Source: an uncultured Akkermansia sp. (GTDB lineage Bacteria; Verrucomicrobiota; Verrucomicrobiia; Verrucomicrobiales; V1-33). From it: a stretch of 64,000 bases of DNA. The number at the start of each line of letters is the position of its first letter. The first letter of the stretch is position 1. The translations under genes and the position numbers were made by a program. The DNA lies in assembly GCA_964523105.1 (NCBI GenBank), contig CAZFZN010000003.1:251707-315706 (forward strand), written 5' to 3'. The notes under the pieces are model-generated. The model did not search any database and was not told where the DNA came from. It saw nothing but the letters and a program-made list of their open reading frames with translations. Positions 1-9,758 of this stretch are shown piece by piece.

Positions 1-468
1 ATGCTCTGGATGTATGACACCTACGAAGGCATGACGGCGCCCACCGAGCATGACGTCTCCCTCAAAGGCGCCAAAGCGACTGACAAGTTTCAGAAACGGA
101 AGACCGGGGACGACACCTCCGACTGGTGTCTCGCGCCGCAGGACGAAGTGGCGAAGAACGTGGAGTCCACCGGCTACCCGGCGGAGCGGATGAAGTTCGT
201 GAAAGGCAAGGTGGAGGAAACGCTCCCGGACACGAAGCCTGACAAAATCGCCCTGCTGCGGCTCGACACCGACTGGTACGAGTCCACCCTGGCGGAAATG
301 AACCACCTTTTCCCGCGCCTCGTGCCCGGCGGGGTGCTGCTCATCGACGATTACGGCGAATGGCAGGGTGCCCGCAAGGCGGTGGACGAGTACATCGGGA
401 AGAACCGCGTTCCCCTGCTGCTCAACCGCGTGGACAGCACCGGCCGCATGGCGGTGAAACTGCGCTGA
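1..468 (+). CDS. TylF/MycF-family SAM-dependent O-methyltransferase, C-terminal part (5' end outside window)
   Basis: The frame is open from base 1 to TGA at 466-468. LRLDTDWYEST..PGGVLLIDDYGEWQGARKAVDEY resembles the conserved core of macrocin-O-methyltransferase-like enzymes (recalled family pattern, no search run). Confidence 0.75.
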   Translation: MLWMYDTYEGMTAPTEHDVSLKGAKATDKFQKRKTGDDTSDWCLAPQDEVAKNVESTGYPAERMKFVKGKVEETLPDTKPDKIALLRLDTDWYESTLAEMNHLFPRLVPGGVLLIDDYGEWQGARKAVDEYIGKNRVPLLLNRVDSTGRMAVKLR

Positions 469-481
469 ATTTCCCCCGGCC

Positions 482-1510
482 ATGAATGTGCTGATTCTCA
501 GCGACGGCCGGGCCGGGCACGTCAATCAGTCGCGCGCGGTGTGCCGGGCGCTGCAACGCAGCGTTCCGGTGCGCATCACGGAGGTCCGCTGCAAACTGAA
601 AGCAGGCGCCTTTCGCTACCTGCTGCGCACGATGCTCAATGCCGGCGGGATGCGGCCGCCGCTGAAGCTGTGGCGGGCCTTTCACAGCGGCGATGCGCTG
701 CCGGCGGAGAAGCCTGACATCATCGTCTCCGCCGGCGGGCACACCGCCTGCGCCAATGCATGGCTGGCCAGGGCGTGGCGCTGCCGGAACCTGTTTTCCG
801 GAGAGTTGCGCGGTCTGCGTCCGGGACTGTTCGCGGGCGTCATTACCGCCTTCGATCCGCCCGCGCCGCATCCCCGCTACATTCGCTGCACCACGCCGGT
901 ACCGGTGGAGCCCGCGGAACTGGAGGAAAAGGGCGCCGCATGGCGGGCACGGACGGATTGCCGCGACATCTGCTGGAGCCTGCTCACCGGCGGCCCGGGC
1001 GCCGGCTACGGGTATTCCGCCGCCGACTGGAAACTTCTCGCCGCAGCGTTGTCCGCCATTTCCGCCCGGCATGGCGTGCATTGGCTCGTGAGCACCTCCC
1101 GGCGCACCGGTGCGGAGGGCGAAGCGGCGCTTTTCGACGGTCTCGATCCAGCACTGCTCGCGGGCTCGATCCGCGCCGTGCAGGGCGGCGGCGATATTTC
1201 CTATCATGAAATTCTCGGCACCGCGGAACGGCATTTCGTGACCGAGGACAGCCACATGATGATCACTGAAGCCATCGCCAGCGGACGGCCGGTGCACACG
1301 CTGCAGCCGGAGGAATTTCGCACGGATGAAGGAAATCTGCACTTTTTGAAGCTCTATGAGGAGAATGGCTGGATCGTGCGCCAGTCGATCGCAGAACTGG
1401 CCGCGAGCGGGCTGGAAAGTCTCCCTCCACCGCCGGCTGCGCCGCCGGCCATTCTCGACGACCTGGCGAAAAAGCTGGCGGTGTGGCTGAAGGCCACGGC
1501 GGCTCAGTGA
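482..1510 (+). CDS. ELM1/DUF1022-family protein (putative glycosyltransferase-like)
   Basis: 342-aa ORF. The N-terminus MNVLILSDGRAGHVNQS and the overall size fit the bacterial ELM1-like family as recalled. It starts 13 nt after the upstream stop, which suggests co-transcription. Confidence 0.65.
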   Translation: MNVLILSDGRAGHVNQSRAVCRALQRSVPVRITEVRCKLKAGAFRYLLRTMLNAGGMRPPLKLWRAFHSGDALPAEKPDIIVSAGGHTACANAWLARAWRCRNLFSGELRGLRPGLFAGVITAFDPPAPHPRYIRCTTPVPVEPAELEEKGAAWRARTDCRDICWSLLTGGPGAGYGYSAADWKLLAAALSAISARHGVHWLVSTSRRTGAEGEAALFDGLDPALLAGSIRAVQGGGDISYHEILGTAERHFVTEDSHMMITEAIASGRPVHTLQPEEFRTDEGNLHFLKLYEENGWIVRQSIAELAASGLESLPPPPAAPPAILDDLAKKLAVWLKATAAQ

Positions 1511-2247
1511 GCCGCAGGCTTGCGCACAAAATGGACCACGCCGGTCATGGGATGATCCAGCCCGGCGTTCCTCGTCTCCGAGGGGTCGCGCAGGTCCTCC
1601 GGACGCAGCACGGAAACTTCGAATCCCGTCGATCGCAGCAGCGCCGCATAGTCCTCCCCGTAATGCCGCAACTGCTCCAGCGGGCGGTCGTGCCCGCGAT
1701 TCGTGCCCTCGATCGTCCGCGTGGCTCCGTCCGAAAACAGCGGGACATTCAATACCGCCCAGCCGCCCGGGCGCAGCACGCGGAGGATCTCGCGCAGCGC
1801 GCGCGCATCGTCCGGGACGTCCTGCAGCACGTGACTGCAGTACACGGCATCGAAGCTCGCTGCAGGTTTGTCGATCGCCATCACGTCCATGCGCTCCATG
1901 ACGTCCTGACGATAAATGTCCGCGCTGAGATAACCGGTGCCGCAGCGGGTGCGAAAGAATTTCTCCAGCTGCGGCTCCGGGGCGATGTGCAGCAGATCGA
2001 ATGGAAGGTGGCTGAACAGCTCCGGATGGCGGCGAAAGAAAAGCATCGCCAGCCGGTCGCGCTCTTTGGAACGGCAAAACGGACAGGCCGCCTGTTCCCG
2101 TCTCCGCGGACCGGATCCGGCCGGACGGAACCGGCGTGCCGTGCGGTCGCAGACCGGACACCACACGGCCTCGCCCCGGTAAAACACCGGAGCCAGCGCC
2201 GAGCGCAGCGCCCGCAGTTTGAGTTCGGCCTTCTGAAAAAATCGCAC
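1504..2247 (-). CDS. class I SAM-dependent methyltransferase with N-terminal 4-Cys zinc-ribbon
   Basis: A CPVC...CPFC pair lies near the N-terminus. FDAVYCSHVLQDVPDDARALREILRVLRPGGWAVL is a Methyltransf_11-type motif. The 3' end overlaps 482..1510 by 7 nt (convergent). Confidence 0.8.
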   Translation of the reverse strand: MRFFQKAELKLRALRSALAPVFYRGEAVWCPVCDRTARRFRPAGSGPRRREQAACPFCRSKERDRLAMLFFRRHPELFSHLPFDLLHIAPEPQLEKFFRTRCGTGYLSADIYRQDVMERMDVMAIDKPAASFDAVYCSHVLQDVPDDARALREILRVLRPGGWAVLNVPLFSDGATRTIEGTNRGHDRPLEQLRHYGEDYAALLRSTGFEVSVLRPEDLRDPSETRNAGLDHPMTGVVHFVRKPAAH

Positions 2248-2414
2248 GGTAATGAGTCACGTCATAACGCGACGGCGCGTGACGGCTGCAACGATTTTCT
2301 CAATCCGCGGAGTCGAAAGGCATCGCGCCCATCCTGCCGGAGAAACAGACGCAGAGCCAGGTGCTGCAGTCGGGACCGCCGGCGTGGCGAGGCGGCCGGT
2401 TTCCCTAACGCCCG

Positions 2415-3473
2415 TCATTTATTGTTTCTGCCGAACACGAAAGGTTTCGCGTCCTCGATCTGGCTGGTCACATCGCCGTTGAGCGAGAGGATATTCTTCT
2501 CGACCTGGAGTTCCCTCTCGGGTTTTCCACTGCTGAAGTCGAGCTTGCTCATGTCGATCCAGACCACGTTGGGGGCGTCGGTGCTCTCGAAATAGTAGCG
2601 ACCGCCGGTCAGGTCCTGGACGGTCCTGAAGATGGTGCTGGAGACGTTCGGCTTTTCCGGATCGGGTTTTCCGAAGGGGACCGACACGTTGCGGATGACG
2701 CTGAACATGTACGCCGCCCCTTCATCCTGGTTGGTTGGCCTGGGCAGGCCGTCGGCATAATAGGCGGCACGCACGAACCGGTCAGTTGGAGTGCGCTCGC
2801 CGGGCAGCGGTTTGTCGCCGCCGAAGGTGCGGTACTGCTTCAGGTTCTCGATCTGCTTGTCGTAGGTGGGCTCGTTGGTCATCACGGTGAAGCGCTTGTC
2901 GTGATACACCTGCGCTTTGCCGCCGACATACTCGATCACTGCGGAATCGCCGGATTTGTCCGACAGCGAGATGTGCACCAGGGTCGGAAAGCCATTGGGC
3001 AGGATCAGAGGATCGATCTGAAACGTGATGGTCTTTTGCGCCTCGACGGCTTCGGCAACGGACGCGTAGTTGTCGAGGTAGTATTGTGCCCACTGCATGA
3101 TGCCGATGCCTTCCCGATTGGTGTCGCGCTTCCCGAAATCTGAAGCGCCGGCAAGATAAAGAATATGGGCGCTCAGGCCCTTTTCGTTGACGCCCTCATG
3201 GGTGCCGATGTCGTAGCCTGTGACGACCAGGCTGCCGTACTTTGACGTCCACTTGTGGGGGTTCTCGGCCACCGCCCCGGTTCGCTCAATCCCGCGCGGA
3301 TACACATGGAACGCCGAGTTGATTTTCTCCGTCCAGTCCTGGGTCCGGCCGACGAAGATATGCCCGTTGCCGGAGTTCCAGAGGACGCGCGAGCAGGGCA
3401 CGGCAGTGGTGGCCAGGGAGAGGGTGGTGATGCCATAAAGGGCATGAGCAAGGCAGCGTACGGATTTATTCAT
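2415..3473 (-). CDS. secreted choloylglycine-hydrolase-family linear amide C-N hydrolase (Ntn hydrolase), copy 1
   Basis: ATG at 3473. A signal peptide is followed by Cys (..TTAVPC/SRVLWN), the expected N-terminal nucleophile. The motifs KWTSKYGS, GVNEKGL, GDSAVIEY and MTNEPTYD are shared with the paralog at 9759..10808. Confidence 0.85.
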   Translation of the reverse strand: MNKSVRCLAHALYGITTLSLATTAVPCSRVLWNSGNGHIFVGRTQDWTEKINSAFHVYPRGIERTGAVAENPHKWTSKYGSLVVTGYDIGTHEGVNEKGLSAHILYLAGASDFGKRDTNREGIGIMQWAQYYLDNYASVAEAVEAQKTITFQIDPLILPNGFPTLVHISLSDKSGDSAVIEYVGGKAQVYHDKRFTVMTNEPTYDKQIENLKQYRTFGGDKPLPGERTPTDRFVRAAYYADGLPRPTNQDEGAAYMFSVIRNVSVPFGKPDPEKPNVSSTIFRTVQDLTGGRYYFESTDAPNVVWIDMSKLDFSSGKPERELQVEKNILSLNGDVTSQIEDAKPFVFGRNNK

Positions 3474-3580
3474 GAGGTTGGTTTATTGGGAAGCTTTGGC
3501 GGGTGTGGTTTCCTGCAAAAGAGAAGGGAGGCGGGCTGCAGAATTCCGGATGACGCTGGCTGATGGCAGGATGTTGAGGG

Positions 3581-5485
3581 TTAGCGGGGAGTGGCCATGG
3601 CGCCCATCATGTCAGACAGGAAGACGCAGAGGCAGGTATTGCAGCCGGGACCGGGAACGGCCGGCGGGACAGGCAGACCGAGGTCCGTGAAAGGTTTGCT
3701 GCGGGCGGCGGCCGCGAGGGCGCGGGAAAGGGTTTGGTCGCCAAGGTGGCGGCGCTGCAGGCTGCCGGTTTCCTTTTTACGCTCCGCCCCGGTCATGGCG
3801 AAAACGGAGACGCCTTCCTTGATGGTCTCGAGTCCTTTGATGCGGTCGAGATTTTCAGGGTCCACAGCCGTCGGGTCTTTACTGAGAATGATGAGATCGG
3901 CGAGCTTGCCGGGCTCGATGGAGCCCTTGGTCTTTTCCTCAAAGTGCTGCCATGCGGCCCAGAGGGTCATGGCCTTGAGGGCGGTCATCACATCCACGCG
4001 CTGATCGGGGCCAATGATGTCACCGGAACGGCTGCGGCGGGTGACGGTGGCGTCCAGCACGCGCATGGAGTCGGGGAAGGCGACGGGAGCATCGTGGTGA
4101 GAGGTGAATTTCATGCCGCGCTTCACACACCAGCCGGTGGGCGAGATGTTATTGGAGAGTGCAGGCCCGACGGTGTGATCGCGGTGCCAGTCGCCCCAGT
4201 AGAAGGTGTGCATGGGGAAGAGCGAGGGCAGCACACCGAGGGCGTTGCAGGAATCCACCTGGTCCTCACGGAGGAATTGGCCATGGATGAGCACTGGGCG
4301 GCGGTCACCCGCACCATGCTTTTTCTGTGCGGCATCAAGGCAGGCGATCAACTGATCCGAGGCGGCCTCGCCGTTGCTGTGGGTGAGGATCTGGATGTTG
4401 TTCGCGTAGGCCCAGTCGATGGCGTCGCGCACCTGTTCGGCCTGCGCGGCAGGATAGCCGGCATAGCCGGGCGGGTAGTTGCCCACAGGCTTGTAATAAG
4501 GCCGGTCGCGCCATGCCGTGAACCACTGCGGCGAGCCATCGATGGTGAGCTTGGCGCCGCCGACGCGGAAGCGGTTGTTGTAAGTGGCGCTGAACTTCGC
4601 CTTTATCATCTCACGGTCCACGAGGACGTCAGGATAGGTGACGACATCAATCTTGAGGCCGCCGGCATCCGCGACGGCCTGCATGGCCTTCACCGAAGAG
4701 GGCATGGAGCGGCCTTCCTGAGCCGTGGTGTAGCCAAAGCGGGCCCACAATTGTCCTCCTGCCTTCATGAAGGTGTCAGCGCCGTCCGGCCCGATGCGGC
4801 CAAGAAGTTTCAGCAGCGCGGTGTAATGCGCCGTCTCCTCCAGTGTTCCACTTGGTTCCTTGCCGTCCGCCTTGCGTTGGATAACGCCGCCCGCGGGATT
4901 GGTGGATTCAGCAGTAATGCCGCATACCTCCAGAGCCTTCGAATTCGCGCTGCTGAGGTGGCCGGATTGATGCATAATGATCACCGGGAATTCCGTGGTG
5001 ACCGCGTCCAGTTCCTCGCGCGTCGGGTGGCGCAGCTCGGCGAGCTGGGAGTTGTCGTAGCCAAACCCCACGACCACCTGGATACTGACCACCGCCTCTC
5101 TGTTGGCGGCGATCCAGTCCCGCAGGGTCTTTTGGAGGTCGGCGATGTTGCGCACCTCTCCGTCCGGCGGGGCCAGCAGGTTGGCGGAGAGCGCCTGAAT
5201 GCCGCCGCCGAAGACATGGCCATGGGCATCCACGAAACCAGGGAGCATGGCATGGCCCGCAAGGTCCGCGAGCTTTGTGGCGTCGCCTTTCGTCTTCAGT
5301 ACATCGTCCTTTTTCCCCACGGCGAGGATCCTGCCGTCTTTGACCGCGACGGCCTCGGCGCGCGGCGCGGAATCGTTGATGGTGATGACCGGACCACCGT
5401 GGTAGATGACGTCGGCGGTTTGGGCGGAAGCGTGGTTTAATGAGAACGCGCAGACTGCGGCGATGGTTTGATGTTTGATTTTCAT
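3581..5485 (-). CDS. secreted metal-dependent amidohydrolase (Amidohydro_3 / YtcJ-like), paralog A1, with Cys-rich C-terminal tail
   Basis: ATG at 5485 with a signal peptide. LPGFVDAHGHV is the HxH metal motif. ILTHSNGEAA and FTSHHDAPV are also present. By eye it is about 75% identical to 10888..12771. The tail ends GCNTCLCVFLSDMMGAMATPR. Confidence 0.85.
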   Translation of the reverse strand: MKIKHQTIAAVCAFSLNHASAQTADVIYHGGPVITINDSAPRAEAVAVKDGRILAVGKKDDVLKTKGDATKLADLAGHAMLPGFVDAHGHVFGGGIQALSANLLAPPDGEVRNIADLQKTLRDWIAANREAVVSIQVVVGFGYDNSQLAELRHPTREELDAVTTEFPVIIMHQSGHLSSANSKALEVCGITAESTNPAGGVIQRKADGKEPSGTLEETAHYTALLKLLGRIGPDGADTFMKAGGQLWARFGYTTAQEGRSMPSSVKAMQAVADAGGLKIDVVTYPDVLVDREMIKAKFSATYNNRFRVGGAKLTIDGSPQWFTAWRDRPYYKPVGNYPPGYAGYPAAQAEQVRDAIDWAYANNIQILTHSNGEAASDQLIACLDAAQKKHGAGDRRPVLIHGQFLREDQVDSCNALGVLPSLFPMHTFYWGDWHRDHTVGPALSNNISPTGWCVKRGMKFTSHHDAPVAFPDSMRVLDATVTRRSRSGDIIGPDQRVDVMTALKAMTLWAAWQHFEEKTKGSIEPGKLADLIILSKDPTAVDPENLDRIKGLETIKEGVSVFAMTGAERKKETGSLQRRHLGDQTLSRALAAAARSKPFTDLGLPVPPAVPGPGCNTCLCVFLSDMMGAMATPR

Positions 5486-5522
5486 ATCCGTTGGCGGCTG
5501 CTGTTTGGGAAGTGGTAGTGGG

Positions 5523-7532
5523 TCAGCGCGCCGCCGGGAAAATCAGTTCAGCGAGGAGGGGTCCGGTGGAACAGGAGCAGCCGGCATTCGCGCAGGAAGC
5601 AGCTTGTGTTTGCGCCATCAAACTGTCGCGCAGGAATTTAGGCATGGCCGGATCCGAAGCAGCCGGTGAAGCAGGGACGGCATCCGCAGCAAGGCCAGGT
5701 GTGGAAACAAGCCGCAGGGAGACAGGCCGGAAGTTTTCAGGCAGGCGGACCCCGGCGGTCTTCCTGCCGCCGGCCGTCTTCACGGGATGCACACGGCCTT
5801 CATGCACGGTACCCCAGACGGCGATGTCCTTGATCTTCGCGGCATCGCAAGTCACCGGGTTCTCGGCGAGGATGGTGAAGTTGGCAAGTTTGCCGGGGAC
5901 GATGCTGCCGATCTCTTTCTCCAACTGGAGCGAGTAGGCGGCTTCGAGCGTGATCGCTTTCAACGCGCCTTCGCGGCTGACCCGTTGCCCGGGAGCGGCG
6001 ACGCGACCCGACTGTGTGGTGCGGTTGACGCCGCAGTGCATGAGGAAGAGCGGCTGGGCGGGAGCCATCGGCATGTCGGAGTGATAGGAGTAGGAAATGC
6101 CGGCGCGTTCGACATCGCCCATGCGGACCATGCTGTTGGCGCGTTCGGGGCCGAGACCGGCCTTGCTGTAATTGTCCGCCAGCGCAGTCGGGTAGTAGGC
6201 GTTGGCGCTGACGATGGCGCCGAGGCGCTGGATGCGATCGACCTGGTCCTTCTGTGAGACGGCGAAGTGGACAATCACGGTGCGGTGGTCGTGGCGCGGA
6301 TGGCGGCGCATGTTTTTCTCCAGAGTGTTCAGCACCATGTCGAGGCCGGCGTCGCCGTTGACGTGGATGTGAATCTGATAGCCGGCGTCCCAATAGACGC
6401 GGAAGCTCCGCTCGAAGAAATCGAGGTCCATCATCCACTCACCCTTGTGGCCGTCGGTGTAGGGTTCGCGGACCTGCATGGCCTGCGAGTAGATCGCGCC
6501 ATCGGCGAAAAGTTTCACCTGCTTCGCCACATACTGGGTCTTTCCCTGGCCCCATGTGAGCAGCTTCTCGGTTTCGGGAATGACCTGATCATCGGGATGA
6601 GCGGCGGTGATGCTCTTGCCATCGGCAATGTAGTAGTAGCGGAAGGGCGTGGAGGGATCGCTGAACACGGCATTCTGCGCGTCCTGCAGCGGCTTGGAAA
6701 GGAGGCCGCCGGGTTCGCATCCCACGGTGATGCCATTGGCATGGAGGTATTCCTCCACGAAATGCAGGCCTTCGTCCAAACGCTGCGGCGTGAAGACCGC
6801 CGGAGCAATCAGCGGCAACACCGCGAACATGCCTTGCTCCCAGAAATGTCCTTCGTCGAAGTTCGACTGCTCCCTGGCGCTGCCCTCGAGTTTGTCATAC
6901 CAATCCCTGGTGACGCCGAACTTTTCCATCGCGACGCTGTTCAGATAAAATTCATGGCATGAGCGGTGCCACACCAGGATGGGACGGGTGGCGCTGATCT
7001 TGTCGAGATCGGCCCGGGTCAGCTTGCCGTGGAAGTATTGGTGAAACCCCCAGGTGAGCAGCAGGGCCTCCGGGTCCTCCAGTTTCGCGTGCGCATCTGT
7101 GAGGCGTTTGATGTAATCGTCATGATCCTTCGCGGCGGGCACCGTGCCGGAAGGCAGCACCCAGTCTTCGATGGCGATGATCTCGGAAGTCATTGCCAGC
7201 GCGGCGAGGAAGGGATGGTCGTGCTGTGCGATGAATCCGGGAACGATGACCTTGTCCGCGAAACGGCTATCGACCACATAAGGCTGGGCACCCGCCGCCT
7301 TCTTCAGCTGATCCAGGGACCCGACACCGAGAACGCGGCTGCCGACCACGGCGACGGCCTCGGCCATCGGTTTGCCAGGATCGAGGGTGATGATTTCCTT
7401 CGCGGTGTAGATGGTGGCGGAAGGAAGGGATGCGGTGGCGGCCGCCATGTCCTGGAGGGACTTGGTTTCCTCACCGGTGGCGGTGATGAGGCTCGCGCCG
7501 AAGAGGGCGAGTTGTGGGAGTTTGGCTTTCAT
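5523..7532 (-). CDS. secreted metal-dependent amidohydrolase (Amidohydro_3-like), paralog A2, with extended C-terminal tail
   Basis: ATG at 7532 with a signal peptide. PGFIAQHDHP (HxH-like), IHIHVNGDAG and YHSDMPMAP are present. The C-terminal ~80 aa are Pro/Ala-rich and end SCANAGCSCSTGPLLAELIFPAAR. Confidence 0.8.
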   Translation of the reverse strand: MKAKLPQLALFGASLITATGEETKSLQDMAAATASLPSATIYTAKEIITLDPGKPMAEAVAVVGSRVLGVGSLDQLKKAAGAQPYVVDSRFADKVIVPGFIAQHDHPFLAALAMTSEIIAIEDWVLPSGTVPAAKDHDDYIKRLTDAHAKLEDPEALLLTWGFHQYFHGKLTRADLDKISATRPILVWHRSCHEFYLNSVAMEKFGVTRDWYDKLEGSAREQSNFDEGHFWEQGMFAVLPLIAPAVFTPQRLDEGLHFVEEYLHANGITVGCEPGGLLSKPLQDAQNAVFSDPSTPFRYYYIADGKSITAAHPDDQVIPETEKLLTWGQGKTQYVAKQVKLFADGAIYSQAMQVREPYTDGHKGEWMMDLDFFERSFRVYWDAGYQIHIHVNGDAGLDMVLNTLEKNMRRHPRHDHRTVIVHFAVSQKDQVDRIQRLGAIVSANAYYPTALADNYSKAGLGPERANSMVRMGDVERAGISYSYHSDMPMAPAQPLFLMHCGVNRTTQSGRVAAPGQRVSREGALKAITLEAAYSLQLEKEIGSIVPGKLANFTILAENPVTCDAAKIKDIAVWGTVHEGRVHPVKTAGGRKTAGVRLPENFRPVSLRLVSTPGLAADAVPASPAASDPAMPKFLRDSLMAQTQAASCANAGCSCSTGPLLAELIFPAAR

Positions 7533-7622
7533 GGCTTTGATTGGTTCATTGCGTGGGGCGATTCGGGGTGCTCAGGACCTTATTTTAGAGAGTGGATGAG
7601 CGTTCGAAGCCCGATGTCGCGT

Positions 7623-8636
7623 TCAGCGGACCACCTCGGGCTTCGGGAAAACCCAGCTTCCGTCGAGCACCTTGGCCTTGGGGCGATACATTCGGACCGT
7701 GTAGTTCCAGCCGGGCATGATGCGGAGATAATTGTCCGCCTTGGGATCTCCGCCAAAGTTCACCGTCACGCTGCCGTCGGCGCCGCGCTTGGCGGTAACG
7801 CTGTTGAGCGAGGCGGCGCTGGCCGGTGCCTCGTAAAAGCCGTCCTTGTTGTAGACGGTGATGGACCAGAAGGCGTCCACCGGCACGTCCTTGACCTTGA
7901 GGCGCATGGCGGTCTCGCCGTCGTTTTGTTTGGGGACTTCGATCAGATAGAGCGCGTCTTTTTCGGCGTTGCCGAAAATGCCGCCGGCGGTGCCGATGAA
8001 ATGGCGCACGTCGTCCGTCTCCTCCTTTTTGCCGAAGGTCCGGCGGCTGTCGGGCATCCAGGGAGTCATGGTCAAGATGGCCTTGCGCAGGTTCGTTAGG
8101 CTCTCCTGATCCCAGTTCAGCACCTCGAAACTGCCGGGGCTGGCCTGGATCACTTTGATCGCGTCCTGGGCCTTGCGCATCTCCTCGATATCGGCCGGGC
8201 TGTTCGGATCCACGAGGGTGCGGAAGGTGACCTGGACATAGCGGGTCCCCATTTCCTCACGGGTGAAGGTGTAGGTGCCGGGCTCATAGATGGCGCGCTG
8301 GATGTAATGATCCTGGTTGATCACCAGCATGGATTGGAAGCGGCCGCCGATCTCGGGTTTGACGATGGTGAGCGGTTGGGTCAGGTCGAACACGCCGGTG
8401 CTATAGGGTGTGTCGCGGTTCATGCGGATCACGATTTGCTTGTCCACATCGACCGGACCGCGCTCATGGTGGAACTTACCGAAGGCTCCTTGCTCGAAGC
8501 GCTGTTTGAAGTAGCGATCGGTCTCGGCACGCACAAAGGTATCGACAGTGACAGGAATCGTCTCGGTCGCTGCGAGCATGCTGGTGGCCAGCAGGCAGAT
8601 GGCGGGAACAAGGGCTTTGAAGATCTGTTTCTTCAT
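7623..8636 (-). CDS. secreted DUF1254/DUF1214 domain protein
   Basis: ATG at 8636 with a signal peptide. NRDTPYSTGVFDL..GGRFQSMLVINQDHY is DUF1254-like and AFWSITVYNKDGFY is DUF1214-like (recalled motifs). Confidence 0.8.
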   Translation of the reverse strand: MKKQIFKALVPAICLLATSMLAATETIPVTVDTFVRAETDRYFKQRFEQGAFGKFHHERGPVDVDKQIVIRMNRDTPYSTGVFDLTQPLTIVKPEIGGRFQSMLVINQDHYIQRAIYEPGTYTFTREEMGTRYVQVTFRTLVDPNSPADIEEMRKAQDAIKVIQASPGSFEVLNWDQESLTNLRKAILTMTPWMPDSRRTFGKKEETDDVRHFIGTAGGIFGNAEKDALYLIEVPKQNDGETAMRLKVKDVPVDAFWSITVYNKDGFYEAPASAASLNSVTAKRGADGSVTVNFGGDPKADNYLRIMPGWNYTVRMYRPKAKVLDGSWVFPKPEVVR

Positions 8637-8693
8637 GGTGAATTCCGTTGAGTTATGAAAAGTCGGCCCAGGAGGCTAAGGAACCGGGTCAAA

Positions 8694-9599
8694 TCATGGC
8701 GTTGCAGGTTTGACCGCATCGGAGGGCGTGTGCAGAATGAACTCCACGATCAGTCGTTTGATATCATCACCGCGTTCGTTCAGCATGTTGTGGCCGCAGT
8801 TGGGAAGTGCGACCAGCCAGGCCTTTGGTCTGGCCTTGGCGATCATCAAGGCGCTTTCCGGCACTGCCACGAGGTCCTGCAAGCCGGTGAGAATCAGCAT
8901 GGGCGCGGTCCCGCCCAACCGCCACTGATCCTTCGGCGTGGCATCACTGGCTTTCGCTTGCGCGGCCGCCAGCTCGGGGAACTCACCTTGTGCCTGGTCC
9001 AGCTTGGCCAGTTCTTCGTTGCCCGGAGCATACATGAGTTCTCCCTGCAATTTCAGCCACTCTTCCTTGCTGGTCGAAGGGTCGAGGTAACGTTTGTATT
9101 TCTCCATGGTTTCCTTCGCCGGCAGGACCTCTCCGCCGGCACCGATCAGGATGACCCCCAGAACGCGCTCGGGATGATCCTGCGAAGCGGTTCGGACCAC
9201 CCGGTTTCCATAGGTCTTGCCGGCGAGGAACACCTTCTGCAACCCGAGGCCATCCGCGACTCTCCACACGTCATCCGCCCAGTCGTGCAGCGTCAGGTTG
9301 TCGATCCTGCCGGTGCTGGCACCCAGGGTGCGGTAGTTGTAGGTCACCACCTTGATTCCGTTCGCTGAAATGGCCTTGGCCAGAGCATCGAGTTGCGCCG
9401 CCGGACGACCATTGCCGGCCGCCATGATCAAGCTCACGGGGCCATCACCGAAAACAAAAGCCTCCAGTTGGAAGCCATCCGCTTGGATGATCTTTGCAAC
9501 GCCGCCGTTCTTATCCGCCTGGGCATGGCTCGAAGCCGCCGCGAAAAAACAAACCACAGGTAATAACCACAGGGTTCTGAATTGAGTCGGTGTTTTCAT
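8694..9599 (-). CDS. secreted alpha/beta-fold hydrolase with Thr at the nucleophile-elbow position
   Basis: ATG at 9599 with a signal peptide. The elbow reads FLAGKTYGN (G-x-T-x-G rather than G-x-S-x-G; the Thr codon is at 9213-9215). The acid and His candidates are TGLQDLV and NCGHNML. Confidence 0.7.
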   Translation of the reverse strand: MKTPTQFRTLWLLPVVCFFAAASSHAQADKNGGVAKIIQADGFQLEAFVFGDGPVSLIMAAGNGRPAAQLDALAKAISANGIKVVTYNYRTLGASTGRIDNLTLHDWADDVWRVADGLGLQKVFLAGKTYGNRVVRTASQDHPERVLGVILIGAGGEVLPAKETMEKYKRYLDPSTSKEEWLKLQGELMYAPGNEELAKLDQAQGEFPELAAAQAKASDATPKDQWRLGGTAPMLILTGLQDLVAVPESALMIAKARPKAWLVALPNCGHNMLNERGDDIKRLIVEFILHTPSDAVKPATP

Positions 9600-9758
9600 T
9601 TCTGTTCTGGATTGGGTGTTGAATGGTTCTTTTCTCTATTAGCCCCGTGTGTCCACGGCTTGCGGGGAGACTGCGACTGTCAGACCGCAGAGCGAGGCGA
9701 GGAGATGGCTGGCTCTCATGGGATTGGTGGCGTTTCCTATTCTGTCGCTGATCAAAAA

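Noticed and set aside
422-2260. 612-aa minus-strand ORF spanning the ELM1-like and methyltransferase genes
   Set aside because: It has an Arg/Gly/Pro/Ala-rich low-information composition typical of off-frame ORFs in high-GC DNA. It overlaps two frames that carry clear family motifs.
3734-5440. 568-aa plus-strand ORF antisense to amidohydrolase A1, with similar antisense ORFs at 6267..6962, 6966..8099, 10954..11715 and 13870..14802
   Set aside because: These mirror real minus-strand genes. They have no recognisable motifs and a Gly/Arg/Val/Asp-rich antisense signature.
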